DNA of 64,000 nt from Ascidiella aspersa (taxonomy: Eukaryota). The stretch is taken from assembly GCA_963924565.1 (NCBI GenBank), contig OZ004611.1, positions 21,514,001 through 21,578,000 on the forward strand, read 5' to 3'. Under the pieces are notes generated by a model that had not been told where the DNA came from, did not search any database, and worked only from the letters and a program-made list of their open reading frames with translations. The position numbers were made by a program, and so were the translations under genes. This document shows, piece by piece, positions 24,201 through 36,200 of this stretch (position 1 is its first letter; each line of letters begins with the position of its first letter).

Positions 24201-27200
24201 CATAATGGTTGGAGGTTGTAGTAAGACGTAATAAGAATATCAAAGCCCATACAGAGGTAGGTATCATTTTTATTTTAGATACGAACGTTTTGCGTGTAAC
24301 CGAAAACAATCATTTAAGTTTAAATTAATTAAAAAAACATCTTTAACTGAAGGGCAAAAACTTTTGCTTAAGTTCTAACCTAATCCATGCATAAATCATT
24401 TGTTTTTTATTTTTGTCACAGAGTATCAGAATTGTAAAAAACATACATGTTGTCGTGTTTTGTTGTATATAAAGATTAATTATTTTCTATACCAGCTTTA
24501 AAACCAATATTTGATTTCGTGTATATAACTGGATTAGCGCAACTTTAAAATTAATATAAGTTATACCATTTTTACTTATAGTCATTTTATCTGATCACAT
24601 ATGTTGACCTAGAAAAATACATATCATTCTACTTACACACAGGCGAGGTATCACGCATATTGTAACGTGTGTACGTACGGCAATAACAAAAAAAAAACAA
24701 ATAACTAACTCGTCGTGAGGAGAATCGATCTGCGAGGCCCCAACTTGTTGGAGCGGTCGATGGCCCAAATCAAGGCCCCGTAGGTGGTGGCCTGCGTCAG
24801 GCCCCGAAACACCACTCGGTCCTGCGTTTTTGGGATGTTCATGAAGCTCTGGATAACCGACGAGTTGCTGAGCCATCGGAGCTGTTGAGAAAACACAAAC
24901 AATCATCAGACTGGAACTTTTCTGGTTTTTTTTTACATCAGATTGGAACTTTGACAAAAACGTCAGATTCGAACTTTGCTGTTCTGTTTTTTTTTTTTTT
25001 TCAGAACATACGCCACAAAGTTATGGCGTTAGAAAAGGAACACCTCGCCAAGCAGCGTCATAGGAAAAACAGTCCTCTAAATAAAGGTTCACACACAAGG
25101 AAATATTGTTAAAATCAAAAAACAGAAACATGTTAAATATGCTTTTCCGTTAGTTAAGTACATTTCTACGCGAACATCAAAATAAATACCGTTTTTCTTT
25201 AACGTTTGCTAAACAAAGTAATACAATATGCCAATATCTTAGTTGCTTTATTTGTCATCTGGCCTAATAGCAATAGGTGTAGGAAAAACTTACCTGTGCT
25301 TGGTACTTTGAAGCGAATGCTTGAAGCCTCCATTTCAGTCCGACAGAGTTGGGAGTGTTTTCAAATATTTCCACTCTTGGTGCTCCGATCGCTACGGAAA
25401 CAAAATTCGTGATCGGCATCGGAACGTGAGAATAACTTAAAATAATAGCCACAAAAAATACCCTGCTCGTAATTTTGGTAGTATTTTCGTCAAACTTAAC
25501 GCCAAATGAACCTTGTCTACCTGTGGATTTCAAACTTTGCATATTTTCTATTTAAGTGTTTATCCAAAGCGTAAAAGGTATTCGGCATATTCGACATGCC
25601 ATATAATAGGCATTTGTATATTTTTTTTAAGAAACAACGGAACAAAATGACTGGTTGTATAGATCAGATGTAATTTTTACGAAACCTGATTATAAGTTGT
25701 CTAAAATAGGTTGTGTGTCGTGATAAAAACATTAACATGAACTGAAGATGATACAAGCTCGTATCGAAACGTCTTAATCAAGATGCTGTCGATTAACTTG
25801 ATCTTTTTGGCTTTGCAATTTATTATCAAGCTACATTACAGATCCGTGCATAGTACCCAAAGTAGGTTGTGTGTCGTTTTTTAAAACCTGCTGGCAATGT
25901 TGATGCCTGACCCTTAGTCACCCTCATCAAACATTGGAATTTTCACAACAAAACTTAGGGCGATTTGGGATTTACATTGATAGTCTGACATGTTTGATTT
26001 GCTTTGAAACAAATTTGTCGGCAATTTTTCTACAGTTAGGTCAGTGTTTCTCTATCGCGGTTTATTTTGGTTGGGTGGCCGACTGCAGTAGTTCCAATGG
26101 TTATATTTATTGATACCGATTCTAAGCAAGATTTCTTCAAAAATTAGAAAAAACGCGAAAGCAATGCAAAGACATTCGTCATTCCAGTATGTTTGTACTA
26201 ATGTCTTATGTTTTGTACGCTTACAACACGTTCAGTGAAGATAATTGGGACGCCAATGCTTCGTTGTTATACTAAACGCTAAGTAAGGTGGCGGTCCTGA
26301 TTTACACGTTTGCTAAATATCGGGCGGACGTTTGTAGAAGCTGTGCGAACAAAGCACAATTATGCCCTTAAAAGTTTTCATCTGAACGGGCCTCCAGTCA
26401 CGACGGAAGGAGTTTGGCTGCAGATCAACGAAACGTTTTACTTTTGACATTTTTGGAAAGTACTTTCACTTGATTTGACTCAGTTGAAAAAATAATGACC
26501 CAAAACAACTGATTTGGCGATTTCACTTGCGTATCATTAACACTCAAACCAAAGCAATCTTTTTTATAAACCTGGACAGGCAACGAATTTTTTTTATAAA
26601 CCTGGACAGGCAACGAATAAAGTATATTTTAAATTTATTCAACAGAAATAGCGTTATTGGGATTTTAGTTTGTGGCATGTTTAATACACTTTCTACAAAA
26701 TTCTCGACAGGGAAGTGCTTCTTAACATATGGATCGCCGCCTATTTTGGTTTGTTTTGGTCTGCAGTAGTTCAAATGGTTAGATTTATTAAAATTGGTTC
26801 TGAGCAAGATTTCTTTTAAATTACAAAATTGCAATAGCACTGCTAAATCATAGCCCATTCCAATTTGTTTTTGCCAATATCTTACGTTTTGGACGCTTAT
26901 AAAACGTTCTGTAAAGATAATTGGGATTGTTTTACTAAACACCAAGTAAGGGGGCGGTCATGATTTACACGTACGCCAAATATCGGGCGGACGTTTGTAG
27001 AAGCTGTGCGAACAAAACACAATTTTGCCCTCAAAAGCTTTCATCTGAACGGGCCTCCAGTCACGACGGACGGCGTTCGGGCGCAGATTAAGATTCCTTG
27101 GCGAGACAATTACGGCGTAATTGTCGCATTGGAGCGGGTTGCAAGTTCGGGTTGTCACAAACGAGGCTTAACGAGAATCGATAACTGTAATTGGCCGCTC

Positions 27201-30200
27201 TTGCGCCAAGTTTGTTTTGAAAACATCGGCGACGCTCGCTTACGTTTCGAGTGAACTGCAAACAAGTTTAAGCTGGTTCATTTTCGATAAGGTTCAATCA
27301 ATTTTCCGCTGTTTTATTAAGTGCGTCCGGTCGGTGGGTTAAGGCCTACTAACAATACGTTTTTTTCGCCAGCAATTATTGGAGTCTAAAGCAGGGGTTT
27401 CCTACCTTTTTTTACATCGTGGCCCCTTTTTAAAATTTTAACAAATCAATGGCTCCCTATATTTTTGCCATGGCCCCCAGGTTGGGAACCTTTGGTCTAA
27501 ACACTGCTTTACACGCTCCTTGATCGTATGTTCAACTTTAACATATTTTAGGAAGAAAATAACAGACAAAAATGTGTGGACGCAGCCAATTTGAAAACCT
27601 CGTCCTTATTTAACATTGTAACATTGACCCAGAGGTGGAGAATAATTAATTGTCCTACTGAACGCTTTAAGTTTTCAGAGAAGACGACACAAAGGTACGT
27701 CTTAACGTGACGTCATAAAAGCATTTGCGCGACGGTTATATTTGTTTAATCTAGGTCTACTCAACTCGCGGACTTTGGTCTGTATCTTGACCTTTGAAGT
27801 GGTGAACATGGACCTTGAAGATGTCTATAGCTTACTGAAAATCTGTTAATTACTTTGCGGTACGATTAGGTTACGTTTAGGATTTTAACAAGAGAAAGAT
27901 ACCCTCAAGAGCTGACAAAGCAGAACAATAATTTATCGTCTTGAGCTTCCGAGATTTTTGTATTGGCAACATTTTTAAATATTTATCTGTCTTTGCAGGA
28001 CCTAAAAAAAAGGTAAAGCAAAAAAGGCTAATAATTTTTGCCATTACATGATTAACAAAGGCGAAATATAAAGTTTGGAGTCATCGCCTTGTAAAAAATA
28101 AAAAATTAGTTTATCGGTGCGCTTTTTGGCAATAATAATTGTTTTACCGCGAAGCCGTTCAGGTACCAATATGTTGACAATTTTTAATCGCGTATTTTTT
28201 ATACATTACAGGCTTTCGACGAAAAAATAGTACGCTTTTATGCTTTAGCTACAGAAAGACTAAAAATTATAAAACTCAGCTTCCTACAAAACAAGCGTGT
28301 ATCAATTTTGTTTATGCCAAATAGCATTCATGGTGGTAAGATTTATTTTGAGATTCAACACTTGCACTGTTGTGTATGATTATACAGAACTGAAATACAA
28401 TTTTTATGGCGTATTTTTGGAGTCGTCCTGGTAAAACGTTTTATAAAACAACTCTCTAAAAAGACTAATTTCTCAAAAGAAAGACGGTGAACACATAAGC
28501 AATGTTTCATTACTGTTTAGTTGTCTTAATCAATTTGGTCAAAATGGACTTTAGCAGTCTTTTTCTCAATGCTAAATAAATGATTTGAAAATTTGGTAAA
28601 GTTCCGGGCGAAATAAAACGATGCGGTCTTGTCTTTTTTGGCACTTACGTTGGGTGCAGATGCTCTTCAGCAGTTGATTTACTCTGATGCCCAGGTCCTT
28701 GTATCTGCTGATCACAATGTGTTTTGACGATGGGGCGCTGGCAAGTTTGGAGATCTGTCTGTAAATCGCATCTGAAAAACGCGAAGTATACAAACGTTGA
28801 AAGTCATGCGAGTCATTCTTATAAAGGCCTTTCCGTTTTATCGCCTTCTCGAAACATTTAGTACTCTAACTAAAGGAAGTGTTACACAGGTCGCTTTAAA
28901 ATGACTAAAGTCAAAGTAAGCCTATTTGCAAAAAAATTTCACAAATATCAGGTTCAAGTCAAGTAATTTGTAACGAGACCATACGTAACTCGTGCCATAA
29001 ATTTAGCAAAAAAATATACCAACAACTAAACTAAATTAAGAAAAACATTTTAATCAGAAATTTGGCGAAAAATATGTACTCTTACTAAAAGGTATTTAAT
29101 GAAAGAGTCTAGTCATTGGAAGGTTACTGAAGTCAACGTTAAGTTACTTGTTTAAAAAACGTCGGTCAAGTCAGGTCGTTTAAAAACAGGGAGTTAATTG
29201 CACTCAAAGCCTAATCATTAAAATAAGCCATTACAACACTGGTGACCAGATATTGTTGGCGAGTTTTTCTGGAAAGTGATCACCCTAACAATTGATCAAC
29301 TACGAATGGATTTTTAGAGGAGTTAACTACCGCCGAAACCTTTTAATTACTGTAAATCTTGATACCATAGCTCTTCTGGGACTCCACATACAAACAAGTT
29401 TTGCATCTGTACGGTTGTTACTCTTCGCGTACCAATCGGCACAATTCAAAGAACTGTTGTATGTGACCAAATTCGTATTGCACCCTTGTCAACAAGGTTA
29501 AATTTAAAATAATACAAAAAGAGGTACTCTTTCGAGGAATTTAAACGCCACAGCCCTTCCGAACCCCCGAAATTGCTAGCCGAAACCGCACGGCTTGCAC
29601 AAACAGGATTACAAACATTTATGCAAGCTTACCTTTCGTCTGGTATAGCAAGCAATCGTAAACAAGTCGTGCCCCCCCCCCCCCCTACTCTCAATAAACC
29701 TTACCGAAACTCTGCGGTTATTAATACACCGCAATATAACCAATTTTGTCACCAAATTCCAATGAGTAAAAAGTATAGAGTTCTAAGCAGGACAAAAGTT
29801 TTTTGGATTTTTTTTTGCAAAAATCTGTTTTTCTATAACGTTGGCCAACCGTTTTACATTATACAAACATGTCTCATCAAGACGGTGGAAGGTTATAGGA
29901 TGTGTCAAGTTCACGTGAATCAAACGATTTGTGAAACTATTTACGACGTTATACGTTTGTTCCGAAACTGTTAAGCTGATTTGCGCTTTACGAGTATTAC
30001 GACTTCCTTTTTGCAGAGCAGTAGTCGTTTTACAGCTCTTCAAAGTGACCGAAACGAACTAAAATCGCAATTTGCAGGCAACACGTATAAACAGTTGACG
30101 ATGTGCTTTTCAACTTTGCGGCATTGCTTGTTGCAGTGTTTACGTCTCGGCTTGCGCTGGCGTCGGTTTAAAAGTGCTGAACAGCAAGCCATTCCGCGAA

Positions 30201-33200
30201 ATACGCCGACCTAACGACAGCAACACTTCGCGATCTGATATAATACGACTGATGGCTGGGTGAGAGGCGTTTGACAGACGATTAAGATGAAACATGTGGC
30301 TTACTGTTGATGTTGATGTTTGGACACGCCCATTTTGCTAGACATGCCTCGCAACGGCGAACACTTGCCACAAATCTTGATAAATCACTCTTTTCAAAAG
30401 TGTTTCGAAGACATTTGGAACCTGGAAAATCGTTGTGTGCTGCCACAGGGCACTTTTAAGCATTAGCTCCATAAATAACGAAAGTTGGTAACACCTATTC
30501 TTTCGACTTTTCTGTCCCAATCAAGTCGGTAATTTAATAAGATGTTAATATAAAAGCATTTCGCCAAAAAGGCATATTCAGCCATCTATTCTTCGACTTT
30601 TCTGTCCGATTTAAAGTCAGTAATTGATAAGATTGTGAAGATAAATACATCTCGCTAAAAAAACGTATTCAGTTTCTCATTCAAATCGAAAAATAAATGG
30701 CTTGAACCGGTAAGAACAATGCAAAAGTTTGTCCGTTGCCTACCTTATTATAAATCAGAAATGCATGCGAAGTTTTGTCGGAAAAGTCTGCACTATAATT
30801 GGACATTGATTCCGATCTACAGTAAATGTTTTTTAATGGTTATATACCTTTTATAATATTTCATATAAAACGCAAGTCGATAAATTTGCCCAAATTTTGT
30901 AGCACAAATATAAATACTCCATGGATTTGTTTATTAAACGCAAAAGCGTTGTTTATTTGCTTTGGCTAGTTTGTCCACTGTGATACCCCAATAGGCAGAT
31001 CCCCAATTAACTGTGCTTAAAGGAAAAGTGAAAAATTGCCGGAAGCAGAAAAAACATTGTGACAAAAAATCCAGGCACGCAACAAAAACTAATTGAACTA
31101 CTTCAATGTTAAAGAATTACCCTAGAGCAATTAACCGACAAAAAGAGGTTACTGAGGCCTTCCACATTCCTTAAATTAGAGTTCCTATACATAACGCGGT
31201 TTCTTGACATTGAGAACCCGAAAATTGCCGGGTGTTAGGTTGGTTATTTAGAGAGGCGCGCCTCTTGAATTTCCAAGATGTTATAGCCCACTTCCGAGCC
31301 TTCTAAATCGCACCAAGGCTTGCCAAACCCAACCGCTAGCGTCAGACTATAGAGCAAACTTTGCACTTTGTACAGTTCTTAAGTTGAAATGCGAATGGTT
31401 AGTTGCCAAGTTTTACATTTTAACTTTAATTTATAGGCTTCTGAAAGTAGCATAAATCTATGAAAATTTGTTGGTATACCAGATACAAGCCATCTGAATG
31501 ATACACCTATAAACAAGATGGATTCAAAAATGTATTGATCTGATAAATATCCCATATGCAAGATCAAGGTTCGCATTAATAGTAAATTGCAGGTGTATAT
31601 ATTGTTTCTTTTCTCATTGTTTTTCATTCGTTTGGTCATCTCTCATTGTTGGTCGCACAATACAACTTGCATTAAAAGTGGGTCGCGAACTAAAAAAGGT
31701 TGGAAGCACAAAACGAAAATAATAAAGAAAGAATGCTCACATCCGGCTCCCAGCATCACGACCCTGCACTTGGCCTGGAACTCCTTGACCAACGCTTCGA
31801 CATCGCCGTTGATGCGTGACCCGATGAAGATCAAGCATATCGCTTCGTTGTCAGGGTTACGTCCTAGAATCGAAATACCACCTTATAATGCTGCAGTAAT
31901 GTTTCATGAATAATGTAGCATAATTAATGCTTTACGGTCGGTAGGTATCATTCCTTTTTTGTCGTTAAAACTAAAAGTACATCATGAAACCCTGAGCAAA
32001 AACAAGCATGTATAAAATCGCCCTTAATATGTTTTCATTGTGATTTACGTAGGAAACAATACAGTAACTTATTTTCCAAAACCTTATTTTAAGACTAAAA
32101 TAAACGCATACTGTTCGTTTATAAAATTTGATAAACAATTTTTTTCTCACAAAGGTAATAATTTGGGATGTCGTATACAAACACATCTGTTAAAAGCAAA
32201 AATGTACACCAGACACCACCATGTAAATCAGCCCTTCTTAACCTGGTGTAAATTTCCTGGGGTAAAGGTAAAATCCTCAGGAGTAGAATTCCTTACAGGG
32301 GGTTAATCCAAGGATATTCAAGCTTTGAATATTTTGGTTCCGTTTCTTCAACTAACCTATGTGAAGTGGCTTCTCGGCATTGCCTACTATAAAATCTGAA
32401 GCACGAAACCGACTTGAAAATGATATTCGTTGTGCATTACCCACTAACTTTACCAGACATTGAACAGCGGATTGCCAAAATGCAAGGGCGGCCGTCGCAC
32501 TGAATATAACTGATGTAATTTGTTACTTATGTTTTTCTTTAAATGAGCATCACTTTATATACTGGGGGTAAATCTGATATTCATCTTGGTTAAAATGGTA
32601 AAACATTAACTTGTGCTCATTGTCGTTATCCACCTGTAAGGAAGGGCGAGGAGATTTCTTCACTCTCTTTTTACACATTTAGTTTGCCAATGACCCCCTT
32701 GCTTACCGTGCGATTCGTTGAACAGGCTTTCGTTGAGCATGAAACGCATTGCGTTTTGAACGACGGCTCCTCTCCGCCCGGTTGTGATCCCATCAATTGC
32801 CGCGTTAAGCTTCGGACGAGTGGTCAGGTCGTTAAGGCTGGCCACATTGGTCACCGTTCCTCCGAAGCTGTGCGAGGCATACGAAGAATTATGTTAACTC
32901 GCCCATGTGCAAAAATCGACGGTTTGAAATCGAATAGACTTTTTTGGTAAAATTTAGCAAACAAGTCTGTTTTAAATTATTTCAATTACGACTTCTGAGT
33001 TGTTATAACACTACTTCAATACAATGTCCAACAACTTTAATAGGCCACAACAATAAGAGTGATGATCCTTATGAATAGCCACTAAAACAAGTTCCGACAG
33101 TAGTCGCAAAATAAACAAGTCTCATGTTGAATAGCAAATAATTTGTAACATTTTCAACAAGACTCAGCTAAGGCGTAAATGTGACAGCCGTAAGTACAAA

Positions 33201-36200
33201 GAACAACTACTGAGAAGTACTTTTGTAAACGCTGATAAATTGACTATAGACAAAATTAAGCAATCAGCGAGACATTTCGAAGCACAAAAAAATGTGGTAA
33301 CCGCAACTTTAACGTTCCTAATATTTTGTAAATGTATATTTCTAAACCGCCTGCCAAACGTAAAACGACATGTGTAGAGATAGCAGCGGTCTTAACGCAA
33401 TCGGTGTGTTTGTAGGCGTAATGTTAGAGTTTTTTGCCCGTACAAGAAGACATATAGTGATGCAAATATCACCAAAACCAACAATACTCACGTGGTGAGC
33501 GAGAATCTCGTCTTGTCGGGAGCTATACGCAAGCTTCCGAAGACGGTCTTCAGGTAAGTTTTTACGGCCTTGATGTTGGATCCGACCAGCCGCGAGTTGT
33601 CGACCACCAAGTACAAATCAACTGTGGCTTGACGACAATCTGGAAAAAAACATCTAGGTTGTAGTTTTATCAAAGCGACCAAGGGTGATTTAAAAGAATG
33701 TTTGGAAGAAGACTCTGTGGTTTCACTAGGACAAGGTAATGCAGTCGGGTTCGATTGTGGACATACTGCTCACTAAAATCAATCCTGTTTAACATCTTTT
33801 TCAGCAGGTTCAATAAACTACGACCCACAACCTAGATTTGGTCCGCAGGGTGTGTTACCAGAATTTAACTATAAAGCTTTTACATTTCCTTATTTTTTTA
33901 TAAATATGTTATAAAGCTCGATACAAAATCGTCAGGCCTTATAGTTATTCAGCGCTGTATTAAAAAAAGTTCTCGGCCCCCTGCTTTACAGGATAGCTCT
34001 TAGTTTGTTTGCGCGTCCCTATGATTTGTTTCTAGAACAAAGATAAATGGACTTTATTTCATGTGCGAAATATTAGAAGCACATTGATAAAAGTTTGCAA
34101 TCTTTGAGCATTAGTTTTTAGTTTGGGGGTTAAGGTTTTAAATAAACGTTTTTCTAATTCTTTGCTTTTTGAAACGGGCGGTGTAATACTTAAAGGGGGG
34201 TTGCAGACGTACACGTCTATTTAAACGGGTGCAGATAGAAGTTCATTACGCCAAACTGCGTAACGTACTGTTTAGTGGTGGAGTGGCGTAGATTCTATGA
34301 GGGTTCGGGTGCGAATTACTTTTATACAACAAACTTCATATTTCAGTAATATAAACTATATCTTTTTTGTTAAAAGAGTAAAGTATAATGTTGCAAAACT
34401 AAATTGTTGTGTGAGGCTTAAGCTGGCACAGGCGTTTTATTGGAAAGAACTTGTTTTATACCGAATTGATATCGAATTCCACATTGAACTATATGGACCA
34501 ATATTGTGTACCGTTATCGTTGATCACTACGATATAAGTAGGGTTATATTACAAATATATACAATCATGTAATCAATCATTCAGCTGATTTAGAAAACAC
34601 AAAACAATCTTGCATAAAAATAGGAAAAAAATCCCCAGAAAACGTGCAGTTTTGGCGACTGTCCGCGGTACAGGTTCTTCAGACAACGTGACGACGCAAA
34701 AGCACGTGCTGGCGCAAAAAAACGCGATAGGTCATCAGTTCCGTTTTGACGTATTTCCGCAGCCTCGCGCCAGGCTTTGTCGCTAACTTGTTCAATGGCG
34801 TTTTTGGACTTCCCGACCGACGCAACGCGTGAGATTGGCAACGCGGTGTAACAGCGAGATACAGCAAAGCTTACTGATAATCGATATACTAAAAACCTGA
34901 ATCGATATAATAAAAAAACCCGCATCGAATATTAAACTGTGGACAATCAGCTATTGTACACCCAGCTTCTTTGGACGGTTAGAAGGGAAAAAAGTATCAC
35001 TATCTGATTGCCTAAACCAGATACTCTTCGTTTAGGATTTTCGAGAGCATAGCACAATGATTGCGTTTGGTTCCTAATTCAATTGCGGGCAATAAAGGCT
35101 AAATATAATATCACTATTCCATGACATATAAGCATTCGAAAATATTGCTTCGAAAAATATAGATCGGTTAATTTGATGTTCTGCTACAAACGAATAAATA
35201 AAAGTATTACACCGAAAGAAGATTGCCCGAATAGGTAATCGAAACGTTGGCACTTTAATAAAAGTTTGCCGGAAGAACAATTTTACAATTGAAATTAATA
35301 AAAAAATAGTTTTCTACTTTGACCTTATATATAGTACGGTTGTGCGAAACTGGTGAAGATTGAATACAATTTGTCGTTGAAGAGTGCCACCAGATTTTCA
35401 CATTACAAATATGTAAGTTGCGTTGCAAGTCCAACAAACAAGTTCAAAGACGTTGCAAGAAAAAAAAGTTTAAGAACCACCGGCCTGAAGATTTAATACT
35501 TAAATATACGCAAACAATTGCGTTTTAAGCTGGATACTGGACAACAAAACAAATCTATTTAATTAGGATAAATATCAAACATTGAGCTGTCCATATTTTG
35601 ACTTGAAGAAACCGCAATACCCAAACAGTATACGCAATGAATTTCTCAAGCGAATCAATCGGAGCCCTGGGCGTTACGATTCAGTGAGAACGCGTGGCTG
35701 GCAGCGCCCGCGCCGTTCCATATTTAAAAATAAACAAATTGCGAAACAGGCATTTTGGCGGGTGGTTTTCGAAGCGATCGACTGGAGGCGTTTTATAGGT
35801 GAGCTAAAAGTTTACATCTCAACCGGTCAATCTTTTAACTAAAGTCGAAACCGTGTCAGAGTGTATTGTAAGATGCAATTTTTGGTTGTTTTTGCGAGTT
35901 TGTGAAAATACAACCACAGAAAAGTAAGGATATCAAAGCCCATACAGAAGTAGGTATAATGTTGAACGTTTCGAATAACTCTTTATTTATTTTCGACATC
36001 TTTAAATAAAATGATGCCTATAGAACTTCTGTAAGGGCTTTGATATTCTTACTTCGTCTTACTCCAACCTACAACCATTATGCTCCAAAACCACTTCCGG
36101 GAGGTGTAATAAGTGCTATGCCAATGGCGCCGGCAAATTAATCTATTAAATCAGCGGTTCTTGAACTTTTTTCCAATTGCGACCCACTTAGGTTGATAGT

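Noticed and set aside
32540-32633. Strong-looking acceptor (ccttccttacAG) 73 nt after exon 3
   Set aside because: Gives an immediate stop (GGT GGA TAA) in the required phase; VWA continues properly in exon 4.
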